A stretch of 64,000 nucleotides of DNA from Pseudomonadota bacterium (GTDB lineage Bacteria; Campylobacterota; Campylobacteria; Campylobacterales; Sulfurimonadaceae), in contig JAZDQA010000014.1 of assembly GCA_043797085.1 (NCBI GenBank), positions 105,235 to 169,234 on the forward strand, given 5' to 3'. Below the pieces are notes generated by a model. It was not told the DNA's origin. It was given only the letters and a program-made list of their open reading frames with translations, and ran no database searches. Each line of letters opens with the position of its first letter. Within the stretch, counting starts at the first letter, position 1. This document shows positions 10,517-21,005 of this stretch, piece by piece. Made by a program: the position numbers and the translations under genes.

Positions 10517-11268
10517 GCCCCATTGTCATTGAAGCATCTAATATTGTTAGTTCTTTTGGAGAGCATCTCATTCACGATGATATCAGCTGTACGATTCGAC
10601 AACATGAAATTTATGCCCTGCTGGGAGGAAGCGGATCCGGTAAATCAACGTTACTGCGAGAAATGATTATGCTGGGAAAACCCTCAAGCGGCTCAATCCG
10701 TATTTTTGGAAATGACATTGCCCACTTATCACTGGCAGAAGCTCAAAAACTCCGTCAACAATGGGGAGTATTATTTCAATCAGGGGCCCTCTATTCTTCT
10801 CTTACCGTAGGTGAAAATATTGCTCTTTTGTATCAAGAATACACCGATCTTCCGCCCAACCTCATCCATGAACTCATTAAACTCAAAATCGATCTGGTTG
10901 GTCTGCCTCAACACGCGATTCACCTCTATCCAAGTGAACTAAGCGGTGGAATGGTTAAACGGGCATCTCTTGCCCGTGCTCTTGCTCTTGATCCGAAACT
11001 TTTATTTTTAGATGAGCCTACTTCGGGTCTTGATCCGTTGAGTTCACGGCAATTTGATGCATTGATTCAACAACTTCGTGATCTCTTGGGGCTAACCATT
11101 GTCATCGTTACCCATGATTTGGATACGATACATCATATCGTAGATCGCTTCTTGTTGTTGGGTGAAAAAAAAGCGATTGCGGAGGGGACACTTGAGGAAG
11201 TCCTTGCCATTAAACACCCTATTATCGATTATTTTTTTCAAAAGGAAACACATGGAATCAAAAGTTAA
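10513..11268 (+). CDS. mlaF: MlaF/Ttg2A-family ABC ATPase
   Basis: GGSGSGKS, LSGGM, FLDEPTSGLD; ATG 10513 overlaps the mlaE stop. Confidence 0.88.
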   Translation: MSPIVIEASNIVSSFGEHLIHDDISCTIRQHEIYALLGGSGSGKSTLLREMIMLGKPSSGSIRIFGNDIAHLSLAEAQKLRQQWGVLFQSGALYSSLTVGENIALLYQEYTDLPPNLIHELIKLKIDLVGLPQHAIHLYPSELSGGMVKRASLARALALDPKLLFLDEPTSGLDPLSSRQFDALIQQLRDLLGLTIVIVTHDLDTIHHIVDRFLLLGEKKAIAEGTLEEVLAIKHPIIDYFFQKETHGIKS

Positions 11269-12220
11269 CTATACTCTTGTCGGATTTTTTGTCCTTCTAT
11301 TGAGCGGTGCAATGATTGCTTTTGCTTTTTGGCTTGGAAAATACAATGACGATGAAAAACAATACCAACTCTACAAAGTCTACATCACCGAATCCATCTC
11401 AGGGCTCGCTCCTGAAGCCGCTGTAAAATTTCACGGCGTTGATGTCGGCAAAGTAGAGACCATACAGATTAATCCGCTCAACAGTGAAGAGGTTGAACTG
11501 ATTTTAAAAATCAAAAAAGAGACGCCTATTCGAATCGATTCTATGGCAACACTTAAATTTTTCGGAATCACGGGCTTGGCTTTTATTGAAATAGCCGGAG
11601 GTTCGAAAAATTCACCCCTGCTTATGACGTCTAAAAACGACATTGCCATTATCCCCACCGCTCCCTCTCTTATCAAACGGCTTGATGAAACCCTTAGCAG
11701 TGTCGTTACCAAACTCTCCGACACCCTCGATCACACCAATGCTATCATGAGCGACGACAATACGAAAAACTTTTCCGTAACGCTTCAAAATCTAAAAATA
11801 CTGACGCAACGGATGAATAGCTACCAAGACGAAATCGATTTATTACTAAAAAATTCGATACAAACCGGCAAAAAGCTAGATGAAACCATGCTAAAAGTGG
11901 GAACTTCCGCCGATAAAGTAGGTAGCTCTATGGATACCTTCAAAGTTACTATGAGAGACAGCCTCTCCCCTACCATGAAAGCATGGACAGAAACCTCCAA
12001 AAAAAGCAATGTCCTCATCGAAAAGATCGAAACGTCTATGGACCGTGGTGATTATGATTTTCAAGCCATAGCGTCTGACTCAACCGTTGAACTCAATGCT
12101 CTTTTACTCCAATCGCGTTCACTGCTAAGCGAGATGGAACTCACCCTAAAATCATTGCGCGAAAGCCCGTCCGATGTACTTTTCAAAGAATCCACACCCA
12201 ATCCAGGACCAGGAGAATGA
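11252..12220 (+). CDS. mlaD: MlaD/MCE-domain protein
   Basis: N-terminal TM helix, ESISGL...VKFHGVDVGKV, GITGLAFIEI; start set to ATG 11252. Confidence 0.88.
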   Translation: MESKVNYTLVGFFVLLLSGAMIAFAFWLGKYNDDEKQYQLYKVYITESISGLAPEAAVKFHGVDVGKVETIQINPLNSEEVELILKIKKETPIRIDSMATLKFFGITGLAFIEIAGGSKNSPLLMTSKNDIAIIPTAPSLIKRLDETLSSVVTKLSDTLDHTNAIMSDDNTKNFSVTLQNLKILTQRMNSYQDEIDLLLKNSIQTGKKLDETMLKVGTSADKVGSSMDTFKVTMRDSLSPTMKAWTETSKKSNVLIEKIETSMDRGDYDFQAIASDSTVELNALLLQSRSLLSEMELTLKSLRESPSDVLFKESTPNPGPGE

Positions 12221-12224
12221 TCGA

Positions 12225-12836
12225 ATGAAAACTATCCTTTTAACCACGCTTATTACCTTTATTTTGGCAGGATGTTCCTCGCTTCACCCGTCACTGCATG
12301 AATATACTATTCTCCCCTCCTACATGCCGCGAGCTGCGACAATGCTTCCTGTCAAGGCTACGCTTAAAGTCTCATCCACTAGAAGTATCCCCTCCCTCTC
12401 ATCAACGCAGATTTACTACCTCAAAGACACATCTCGCCTTGATGCTTATTTGTACAGCACTTGGACGGACTCTCCCTCCAGTATGATAGACCGATCGCTT
12501 TATTCCTCTCTGCAAAATCGGCAACTTTTTACCACACTCATTCCAACGACTTCAAGCGCAATGGCGGATTTAATCTTGGAATCGGATCTCAATGCATTTT
12601 ATCATCGTTTTCTTGACGATTCAAAGAGCGAAGGGGTGATTGACATTACCTATCGGCTCATAGATCTAAAAACCAAAACGGCTCTTGGTTCAAAACGCTT
12701 TTTTATTACAGAACCTGCACTTTCTGCCAATGCACAAGGGGGAGTAAATGCCCTCACAAAAGCAACACAACGCCTCAGTGAAAACACAACCGACTGGCTC
12801 GAAACAGTTGGAAAGGAAAACCAATGGATAAAATAG
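12225..12836 (+). CDS. ABC auxiliary lipoprotein (PqiC-like)
   Basis: Lipobox LAGC, W-x-x-x-P motif; last gene of the MCE cluster. Confidence 0.8.
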   Translation: MKTILLTTLITFILAGCSSLHPSLHEYTILPSYMPRAATMLPVKATLKVSSTRSIPSLSSTQIYYLKDTSRLDAYLYSTWTDSPSSMIDRSLYSSLQNRQLFTTLIPTTSSAMADLILESDLNAFYHRFLDDSKSEGVIDITYRLIDLKTKTALGSKRFFITEPALSANAQGGVNALTKATQRLSENTTDWLETVGKENQWIK

Positions 12837-13804
12837 CCATACTCTGCTCAGGTGGCGATGTATCGGGAATGAACCCTGCTATCAAGCGTTTCGTTGAGTA
12901 CTCATTTGCCAAAGGCATGCAGCCTTTTTTTGTCTACAACGGCTATGAAGGGCTGATTGATGATGAGATCAGAGAAGCACATTATGAAGACGTTGCCGGA
13001 ATAATAACGCGCGGAGGAACCAAAATCCGATCAGCACGTTCAACCCGTTTTAAAGAAGCTTCCTATCGTGCAATAGCAGCACAAAACTTGCGGAATAAAG
13101 GGATCACAAAACTGATTGTTCTCGGCGGTGATGGGAGCTTTCGAGGAATGGAACGTTTTTATAACGAATGCGGTATCGCGTTTTGCGGTATCCCCTCTAC
13201 TATCGATAATGATATCAACGGAACCGACTACTGCCTAGGAGTCGATACGGCACTCAATGTCATCAAAAATGCGATTGATTCCATCCGCGATACCGCTTCC
13301 TCTTTTCGACGTGCTTTTGTGATTGAAACCATGGGACGCGATTGCGGCTATCTCGCCCTCGTCTCTGCCATCACATCCGGTGCTGAAGTGTGTTTGATAC
13401 CTGAAATCCCCATTGACATCATCGAATATAAAGGATGTTTTGAATCGCAAATACGCAAAGGTCGAGATTATTTTATCGCTGTCGTCTCTGAAGGTCTTAA
13501 AAATTCTAATGAGGTCGCACGATGGTTTGAAGAAGAGCTAGGGTTTGAATCACGTGTCAGTATACTGGGACATATTCAACGAGGAGGCAATCCAAGCGTG
13601 TATGATAGATTGATGGCGTATCAGTTTGTTACACACGCCATCAATGCCTTAGTAGAGGGAAAAAACAACTCTGTCATCTGCTATACCAAGAGTCATTTTA
13701 ATTTTAAATCCATTGACGAAGTCGCCCTTAACCCCTACCGATTAGACGAAGAACTTCTCACTCTGGGTCGAGAGCAATTTATACCGATAAAATGTCAAGC
13801 CTAA
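12824..13804 (+). CDS. pfkA: 6-phosphofructokinase
   Basis: SGGD, GGDGS, TIDND, MGRDCG, LGHIQRGG. Confidence 0.95.
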   Translation: MDKIAILCSGGDVSGMNPAIKRFVEYSFAKGMQPFFVYNGYEGLIDDEIREAHYEDVAGIITRGGTKIRSARSTRFKEASYRAIAAQNLRNKGITKLIVLGGDGSFRGMERFYNECGIAFCGIPSTIDNDINGTDYCLGVDTALNVIKNAIDSIRDTASSFRRAFVIETMGRDCGYLALVSAITSGAEVCLIPEIPIDIIEYKGCFESQIRKGRDYFIAVVSEGLKNSNEVARWFEEELGFESRVSILGHIQRGGNPSVYDRLMAYQFVTHAINALVEGKNNSVICYTKSHFNFKSIDEVALNPYRLDEELLTLGREQFIPIKCQA

Positions 13805-13815
13805 AATTCAAAAAT

Positions 13816-14139
13816 TTAGCAAGGAGGAAGATTCCCTGAATCGGATCCGTATTCAAACAAGAAATCTCGAATATGCTTCGATTTATCTTTGAATTCATTT
13901 CCATTAAAATAACTTTCTGCTTTTGTCCCTGCGTGTTTATCAATAAGAATTTTTTCATCTGTAAACAGTTCATTCCATTCATCTTGCGTATGCATTGCAG
14001 CCCCTTTAACTCCGCTACCATGACAATCTTTACAACTTTTAACATACCATTTCTGACCTTTGGCAATATCAGCTAAAGCATTCGTCTGAATCATTCCAAT
14101 ACACACTATCGTAAGAAGAAAAAATGAGGCTGATTTCAT
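13816..14139 (-). CDS. Monoheme periplasmic cytochrome c (paralog 2)
   Basis: Signal peptide, CKDCH, C-terminal DSGNLPPC. Confidence 0.9.
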   Translation of the reverse strand: MKSASFFLLTIVCIGMIQTNALADIAKGQKWYVKSCKDCHGSGVKGAAMHTQDEWNELFTDEKILIDKHAGTKAESYFNGNEFKDKSKHIRDFLFEYGSDSGNLPPC

Positions 14140-14251
14140 TCTATATATTTCCTTTAGTTATAAATTAAGAATAATAATATCTTATGAAAAATTAATAGAC
14201 GATTAAGTTGGAAAAACGAAACGAAGAAAGAAGAATAAAACTGAAAGATTT

Positions 14252-14275
14252 AAAAAGATGCCCCGAGAGGGACAT
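14252..14275 (-). terminator. Intrinsic terminator between the two cytochrome c genes
   Basis: Minus strand ATGTCCC-TCTC-GGGGCAT-CTTTTT. Confidence 0.65.
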
Positions 14276-14284
14276 GATTGAAAG

Positions 14285-14617
14285 TTATCCGCAAGAAGGA
14301 ACGTTGCCTGAATCCGAACCGTACTCAAACAAGAAATCGCGTAAATCTTGTGATTGTTCTTTAAAAGCATCGCCATTAAAGTACGCAGCAGATTTATCTT
14401 TAGCGTGTGCTTTGATAATTTTTGCTCCGCCATTAGCGAACAGATCATCCCACTCGTCTTGTGTATGCATAGCAGCACCTTTAGTACCGTTACCATGACA
14501 ATTTTTACAAGTTTTCAAGTATGTTTTTTGACCTTTTTTGACATCAGCAGATGCACTAGTTGCCATCATACCAACCGCAACAAAAGTTGCAAGCAATAAT
14601 GAAGTTGATTTCATCAT
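14285..14617 (-). CDS. Monoheme periplasmic cytochrome c (paralog 1)
   Basis: Signal peptide, CKNCH, C-terminal DSGNVPSCG. Confidence 0.9.
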   Translation of the reverse strand: MMKSTSLLLATFVAVGMMATSASADVKKGQKTYLKTCKNCHGNGTKGAAMHTQDEWDDLFANGGAKIIKAHAKDKSAAYFNGDAFKEQSQDLRDFLFEYGSDSGNVPSCG

Positions 14618-14696
14618 ACAATTTCCTTTTTTTTAAAATATCAAGAGCATCATATCTCAGAAAGAATAAATAGACGATTAATAAATCACATTGACA

Positions 14697-15038
14697 TCAC
14701 ACTTCTTCGGCGATCTCCACTTTTTCTTCTTTAACTTTATTGGCACGCACTTCCAAACGAATCTTATCCTGACGAACTTTTCGGTACGCCTTGTATTGCG
14801 CTTTGGTCAACGCTTCACCCTCAAGGGCAACTTCGGCACCAATTTCTTCTACCGAACAGCCGCCTTCATTCATCATAATCATACGGAGCTCTTTTTTCGT
14901 CAAATGACGCTTTAACGATGCATACAGTTCTCTCTCATCTTCTTCGATTTCAACAGCAGCACAGCCATAAAGTCCTACTAATACTTCTCGAATCGTTTTT
15001 TCTGGGTTGTAACGCAACCATAGTGAATTTTCTAACAT
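14697..15038 (-). CDS. Hypothetical protein with a possible sigma-region-4-like HTH
   Basis: LTKKELR...GCSVEEIGAEVAL...KAYRKVR; overlaps the serB stop. Confidence 0.55.
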   Translation of the reverse strand: MLENSLWLRYNPEKTIREVLVGLYGCAAVEIEEDERELYASLKRHLTKKELRMIMMNEGGCSVEEIGAEVALEGEALTKAQYKAYRKVRQDKIRLEVRANKVKEEKVEIAEEV

Positions 15039-15667
15039 TAAATAAATACCTTCGTAATAATTTGGGTGAGGTCTTTGATGTCAATAATGACATTGGCCTC
15101 TTTTTTTAAAATCTCTTTGGCACAAAATGCCACACGAGTTCCGGCATGAGCGAACATCGACCGATCATTTGCTCCATCGCCCACCGCCATTGTTTCTTCA
15201 GGTGTAATGCTCAAAAGCTCTTGCAAGCGTAACAGCATATCCCCTTTAGAAAAATCGAACATCATATCTCCACCGACAAGTCCACTGAGTTTTCCATCTT
15301 TTTCATGCAACACATTGGAAAAATCGGCATCGTATCCAAGGATACTTTTCGCATGCGAAGTCGCCGAGCGAAAACCTCCGCTAAAACAAACGACTTTAAT
15401 ACCGCGTGCTTTAAGTGCCGAGATTGTCTCGATTGCACCCGGCATATAGGGGAGATTATGACAAATTTTTTCTACTTTGGAAAATTCCAAACCTTCCAAC
15501 AGCCCTACTCTCTCACGTAACGATTCAAAAAAATCGAGTTCCCCATTCATTGCCCGCTGCGTAATCTCACTGACTTTCGCCCCGATTCCTAAAGCTTCAG
15601 CGAAAAAATCAATGGTTTCACCATCCATCAGTGTCGAATCAAAATCAAATACTGCTAACTTAATCAA
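15038..15667 (-). CDS. serB: Phosphoserine phosphatase
   Basis: DFDSTL, SGGF, GDGAND. Confidence 0.95.
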   Translation of the reverse strand: MIKLAVFDFDSTLMDGETIDFFAEALGIGAKVSEITQRAMNGELDFFESLRERVGLLEGLEFSKVEKICHNLPYMPGAIETISALKARGIKVVCFSGGFRSATSHAKSILGYDADFSNVLHEKDGKLSGLVGGDMMFDFSKGDMLLRLQELLSITPEETMAVGDGANDRSMFAHAGTRVAFCAKEILKKEANVIIDIKDLTQIITKVFI

Positions 15668-15718
15668 AAGACATAATCCTCTTTGTTATAATAATGCAAT
15701 TATATCCAAAGGCATCTT

Positions 15719-16621
15719 TTGTTTGAACCTTTTATCGATAAACTCCGTAACAGTACTTTTATAACACTTGAAACAACTCCCTCGCGTTCAGCACAGTTTG
15801 CTCCCACAATCGAAAAAATTGCGGCTTTGGGTCTTGATAAACTCGTGGATGGATTCAGCACCACCGACAACCCGCTGGCTAAATTAAAATACAATGCTCT
15901 CTTTGCCGCAATGAAACTCCAAGATCGTTTCGGCAAACCAACACTCGCCACGATGAGCATGCGTGACCGCAACCGTATCGCCTTGCAAAGCGATCTCCTC
16001 GGAGCCAACGAATCAAACGTCCGCGCAATCCTCGCTCTCACGGGTGACAGCGCCCACTATTCCGACCAGCCACACGCCAAAGGGGTATTTGAGGGCAACA
16101 GCAAACTCCTCCTCGACATTATCACAACCCTCAACAACGGTACCGATATGGCGGAACAAAAACTCATCGCTCCAGTGCAGGAGATTTACCCGTTCGCCGT
16201 TATCGATGCCTATGCCAAAAGTGCTGCAACGCTACAGAAAAAAATGACCAAAAAAGTAGCCCACGGAGCCATCGCTATCATCTCTCAACCTGTCTATGAT
16301 CTCGAAAATGCTCGTAAACTGCTCGATATGATGGCGGAAGCCAACCGTGAAAATAATGCCGATTGTGTATTACTCTTAGGCTATTTCCCGATCACGAAAC
16401 TCCGCACCGCCCGCTTTTTAGATGAAAATGTACCAGGGATTTATGTTCCTCACGCATGGGTAGAGGCACTTGAAGCCGCTTCGCAAATCAGCCCAGAAGA
16501 AGAGTACCGCGTGGGATTTGAGTTGAGTAAAACTCTTTTTGAAGAACTAAAAGCACTTCATCCGAAAATACATATCATGACGGCAAATCAGTTTGAACTC
16601 GCCAAGGCGATTTTGAGCTAA
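15719..16621 (+). CDS. metF: Methylenetetrahydrofolate reductase
   Basis: TDNPLA, MRDRNRIALQSDLLG, LALTGD, ISQPVYD. Confidence 0.88.
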   Translation: MFEPFIDKLRNSTFITLETTPSRSAQFAPTIEKIAALGLDKLVDGFSTTDNPLAKLKYNALFAAMKLQDRFGKPTLATMSMRDRNRIALQSDLLGANESNVRAILALTGDSAHYSDQPHAKGVFEGNSKLLLDIITTLNNGTDMAEQKLIAPVQEIYPFAVIDAYAKSAATLQKKMTKKVAHGAIAIISQPVYDLENARKLLDMMAEANRENNADCVLLLGYFPITKLRTARFLDENVPGIYVPHAWVEALEAASQISPEEEYRVGFELSKTLFEELKALHPKIHIMTANQFELAKAILS

Positions 16622-16676
16622 TTTCAGCCTCTTTTAGCTATAATCGATCATTATTAAATAGCAGGAATACTCCCTT

Positions 16677-17921
16677 ATGATCGATGTAAAACTTCTCCAG
16701 AAAAATTTTGACGAAACCGCAACGGCGCTGATGCGCAAAAAAGTCTCAAGCGAGATAATCGCGGAGCTAAAAACTGCCAATGAAACCCTCAAAACCGCTA
16801 AACTCGCCTACGAGACATTGCAAGCCAAACAAAACGAACTCAGCCGTCTTTTCGGTCAGTACAAAAAAGAGGGGAAAAGTACCGATGAGTTGAAAATCGA
16901 AGTTGATGCGAACAAAGCAACCCTAAACGATCTCCTCGATACACAACGCTGTGCCGAAGAAGCTCTCGATGCGATCATCATGCGCGTTCCGAACATTCCC
17001 GATGCCGATGTACCCGATGGTGAGGATGAAAACGATAATATCGAAATCCGTAAAGTCCTCACTCCTCCAACCTTCACATTCACCCCTAAAGAGCACTGGG
17101 AACTCGCTGAGCAAAACGGCTGGATCGATTTCGAGCGCGGTGTTAAACTTGCAAAAAGCCGTTTTAGTGTCGTAAGCGGGATGGGAGCACGTTTGGAACG
17201 TGCCCTCATCAATTTTATGCTCGATTTTAACCGTGAACGAGGATTTCAAGAATTCAGCGTTCCGATGCTCGTAAACCGTCGTGCATTGGAGGGGACAGGA
17301 CAGCTTCCGAAATTCGAAGAGGATCTGTTCAAAGTCGAAGAGGAAGAACTCTATCTCATCCCAACGGCGGAAGTACCTCTCACCAACATCTACCAAGACG
17401 AGATCCTCAACAGTTCCGAGTTGCCGATCAAAATGACGGGATACACATCGTGTTTTCGTAAAGAGGCAGGTTCGGGCGGACGTGACGTACGCGGGATGAT
17501 CCGTCAGCATCAGTTTCACAAAGTGGAACTCGTCTCCATCACCCGTGCCGATCAAAGTGACGCGGTGTTTGAAGAGATGGTTGAGTGTGCCTCTGATTTG
17601 CTTACCGCATTGGAACTTCCTCACCGTCTCGTTACTCTCTGCACGGGCGATTTAGGATTCGGTGCGGCGCGAACGGTCGATCTCGAAGTTTGGCTTCCGG
17701 GGCAAAATACCTACCGTGAAATCAGCTCTGTCTCCAACACACGGGACTTTCAAGCCCGTCGTGCGAAGATCCGCTACAAAGAAGAGGGAAAAAATATCCT
17801 CGCTCACACCCTAAACGGTTCAAGTTTAGCGGTCGGACGGACGATGGTAGCTATTATGGAAAATTTCCAACAAGAAGATGGCAGTATCATTATCCCTGCC
17901 GTATTGCAAAAATACCTCTAA
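16677..17921 (+). CDS. serS: Seryl-tRNA synthetase
   Basis: LIPTAEV, FRKEAG, HQFHKVE, EISSVSN, HTLNGS. Confidence 0.98.
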   Translation: MIDVKLLQKNFDETATALMRKKVSSEIIAELKTANETLKTAKLAYETLQAKQNELSRLFGQYKKEGKSTDELKIEVDANKATLNDLLDTQRCAEEALDAIIMRVPNIPDADVPDGEDENDNIEIRKVLTPPTFTFTPKEHWELAEQNGWIDFERGVKLAKSRFSVVSGMGARLERALINFMLDFNRERGFQEFSVPMLVNRRALEGTGQLPKFEEDLFKVEEEELYLIPTAEVPLTNIYQDEILNSSELPIKMTGYTSCFRKEAGSGGRDVRGMIRQHQFHKVELVSITRADQSDAVFEEMVECASDLLTALELPHRLVTLCTGDLGFGAARTVDLEVWLPGQNTYREISSVSNTRDFQARRAKIRYKEEGKNILAHTLNGSSLAVGRTMVAIMENFQQEDGSIIIPAVLQKYL

Positions 17922-17938
17922 AAGGTTAAAGAGAGCCC

Positions 17939-20284
17939 ATGGCTGACGAGCAAGAAGAGATAATCATCATCGAAGAGTCCGACGCTGCAGGCGTTGTGGC
18001 AACCGAATCAAAGGATGATGAGAGCGCTAAAGAAAAGTCGTCTTTTTCTAAAAAGAAAATACTAATTATTGCGGGAGCGATTGGTGTTTTATTGCTTGGA
18101 GGCGGCGGTATCACCTTCGCTCTTCTCTCACACTCAGGAGGGGAAGATATACCGCTCAAAGAAGAACAGCTCATTTCCTCTAAAAATCCCGAAGAGCCAA
18201 AAATAGAACCCAGCGAGCTTGAAAATATGATCGAGCGGGCAAACTACATGTACGCCAACGGCAATCAAGTCGAAGCTCTCAAATTGTTTGAAAGAATTGC
18301 CCTTTATTCGGAGTCGATTTCACAATACAATCTTGGTGTCGTAAGGCTCAAAGAAAAAGAATACAGTTCCGCTTTAGAAAACTTCAAGCGTTCTATTTCT
18401 ATGTCTGAAAACCGTTGTGTCAGCGCGCTGAATGCTGCGGTTTGCTGTCTCCATTTAAAGCAGCAAGAAAACTTTGAGTATTACATCGATTTGGCGCATG
18501 CTTATTTAAATACTGAAAGCACGTCTCCTATGTACTCGTACTATTATTCTTTAATCAATTACTATCGCGGAAATTATTTGGAAGCACTCAGCGCACTGAA
18601 CCATCCGACAACTTCTGAGTATCAATTGACACAAAACAGGCTCAAAGCTTCTATTGATACTCTTTATGGAAATTACAGCGGGGCTATTGAGACACTTGAG
18701 AATCCTATGCAAGAAACAGATTCATTTTCGCTTGGCTTACTGTATGCCAATAACGGAAATTTACCACGGGCTCGTGATTATTTCAATAACGCAATAATTC
18801 AAAATAAAAAACCCATACAAGAGAGCCTCTCTTTGGTTTTTGTGGATCTCAAACTAGGACAGCATCAAGAAGCGAGTGAGGTTCTAAGAAAGATAAGTGA
18901 TAAATTTCCGGATGATGTCTATACACCCTATCCGATCAAAGTATTTTTAAAACCAACGTTGTTTAATACCAATACGATGCAGACAGCATATCGAACCATA
19001 AATGCAAAAGTTCATCCACAAACCTATCCAAAGATTTTTGCCTTTACTCCCTATAAAATCTTTAATGCCAATCAAACCATCAGCTATATCCGTAAAGGAA
19101 ATGCTAATATTTACATTGATGATATTGTCTCTGCCAAAGAATATCTTGAAAAAAGTTCACATGCGTCCGACATTGATTACGGTATCGCTCTCGCCGTTCA
19201 AAAGGCGCTGAACTTTCGGTTGCGCGATGCGAATGCTCAACTGAAAAAGCTCCTTTTAACGCATCCTCAACACTCCATTTTGCACTACAATTTGGCGCTA
19301 ACCTACGCGCAATTAGGGGATTATACCAAAGCGTATGATCATTTTTTACGCTCGTATCATCTTGATGCCAATAACTATCTCTCAGGTATTTTTGCCCTCA
19401 TGACCTCCGAGATGATCTCAAAACCAAATCCAAAACTTATCGCAATTCTAAAAGAAAACCTCTCGCAAGAACCAAAAACGGAAGAGTCTGACTTGTATCA
19501 AACACTTCTATCGATAAGTGAAAACAATTATCCTTCATCCAGTCGCTGGCTCGATAACCGCTACAAAGAACGCCCCTTGTATTTGGTGATGAAAATTATT
19601 ATAGCCCAAGAGTTAGGGATGGAGGAAGAAGCGAAAAAAGCTTCCGAAAAACTAACCTACACTCAACCGCGTGACACCCTGCCGCACTTGCTCTACATCG
19701 ATACGCATTTTAATAACGAGGGACCTAAAGCGTATGCGCGCTTAGCGCTTAACTATCTAAAAAAACAAAAATTAAGCAATGAAGACATCTATTTTGGTCC
19801 TCAAATCGTACGAGATAAAGCTATTGCCATGGCAGCCATTACCGGTAAACTTGGACCCTTGATTCAAAATCTTGAAACTAAACTTCAAACCACAACTGAA
19901 AATCGTGCCAACCTCACAACCGCTCTCGCTCTTGCAAACTTTTACAATCAAGATTATGAAAAATCGTATGCCCTATACAATGATGCAGTTGATACCTACA
20001 AGCTCACCGACGAACGAACCCTCTTTAACGCGGCATCGGCGTCTATTGGAGCAGGGCATTACCAAAATGCGATTGCCCTGCTAGAACTCTCAAAAATGAC
20101 CAATCCTAACTATCTAGAAAACCGATATGCACTTGGATTGCTCTACATGCAAGTTCAAAACAATCCCGCAGCCATCATCCAATTTAGTAAAATGGGAAAT
20201 AGTGGGTTTAAATCCAATACGTTTGATTTTAAAATTGATACGGACAAGCTTGCTCTTGAACCTAAAGAATATCATCCTCTCTAA
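17939..20284 (+). CDS. pflB: Membrane-anchored TPR protein, probable flagellar motor scaffold PflB
   Basis: Acidic N-terminus, single TM helix, multiple TPRs; lies after serS as in Campylobacter. Confidence 0.7.
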   Translation: MADEQEEIIIIEESDAAGVVATESKDDESAKEKSSFSKKKILIIAGAIGVLLLGGGGITFALLSHSGGEDIPLKEEQLISSKNPEEPKIEPSELENMIERANYMYANGNQVEALKLFERIALYSESISQYNLGVVRLKEKEYSSALENFKRSISMSENRCVSALNAAVCCLHLKQQENFEYYIDLAHAYLNTESTSPMYSYYYSLINYYRGNYLEALSALNHPTTSEYQLTQNRLKASIDTLYGNYSGAIETLENPMQETDSFSLGLLYANNGNLPRARDYFNNAIIQNKKPIQESLSLVFVDLKLGQHQEASEVLRKISDKFPDDVYTPYPIKVFLKPTLFNTNTMQTAYRTINAKVHPQTYPKIFAFTPYKIFNANQTISYIRKGNANIYIDDIVSAKEYLEKSSHASDIDYGIALAVQKALNFRLRDANAQLKKLLLTHPQHSILHYNLALTYAQLGDYTKAYDHFLRSYHLDANNYLSGIFALMTSEMISKPNPKLIAILKENLSQEPKTEESDLYQTLLSISENNYPSSSRWLDNRYKERPLYLVMKIIIAQELGMEEEAKKASEKLTYTQPRDTLPHLLYIDTHFNNEGPKAYARLALNYLKKQKLSNEDIYFGPQIVRDKAIAMAAITGKLGPLIQNLETKLQTTTENRANLTTALALANFYNQDYEKSYALYNDAVDTYKLTDERTLFNAASASIGAGHYQNAIALLELSKMTNPNYLENRYALGLLYMQVQNNPAAIIQFSKMGNSGFKSNTFDFKIDTDKLALEPKEYHPL

Positions 20285-20288
20285 AGCT

Positions 20289-21005
20289 TTATCCAACCAT
20301 CCGTCGAACAAGATAATACGTTGCGCGCAGAGGTCCATACAAAAGATACAGTGCACCAAGCAAAGCCATCCCCTCGATAGGATACACAAATACCATCAAC
20401 GCGAGTACAATCACCCCGATTAAAAAACGGGTAAAGTGGATAGCTCTCATATTGAGTTTTTTGAAACTTGGATAGCGAATATTGCTCACCATAAGAACCG
20501 ATAAGAGTACTGAAAGAGGTAAAAGAAGCACATGAATATGAGAAATTTGCTCATAGCGTTCCATGAGTAAAATAGCCGTTGCAATCATTATAGCCGCTGT
20601 AGGAATAGGAAGACCGATAAACACCGAAGGCTCTATTCGTGACGTCATAACATTAAAACGAGCCAATCTCACTGCACCAAAGATGATAAACAATGCACTG
20701 GCAACAATACCGATGCGACCGTATTCATCACCGATATAGAGATACATCAGCAATGCAGGAGCAACCCCAAATGCCACAATATCTGCCAAGGAATCAAACT
20801 CAACACCAAAATGGCTCGCAGTATTGGTTAAACGGGCAACACGTCCATCCAGACCATCAAAAATCAAGGCAAGAAAGATAAACCATGCTGCACTCTCAAA
20901 TGAGCTTTGCAAAGCAAGAGAGATAGAATAAAAACCGGAAAATATAGAAGCAGCAGTGAAAAAATTTGGGAGAAGGTAGGCGATGGGCGGAGGATCTTTA
21001 CGCAT
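20289..21005 (-). CDS. pssA: CDP-diacylglycerol--serine O-phosphatidyltransferase
   Basis: LPNFFT, DGLDGRVAR...GVEFDSLAD, RLARFN; start set to ATG 21005. Confidence 0.93.
   Translation of the reverse strand: MRKDPPPIAYLLPNFFTAASIFSGFYSISLALQSSFESAAWFIFLALIFDGLDGRVARLTNTASHFGVEFDSLADIVAFGVAPALLMYLYIGDEYGRIGIVASALFIIFGAVRLARFNVMTSRIEPSVFIGLPIPTAAIMIATAILLMERYEQISHIHVLLLPLSVLLSVLMVSNIRYPSFKKLNMRAIHFTRFLIGVIVLALMVFVYPIEGMALLGALYLLYGPLRATYYLVRRMVG

Noticed and set aside
16923..17624. 233-aa minus-strand ORF
   Set aside because: Antisense shadow of serS
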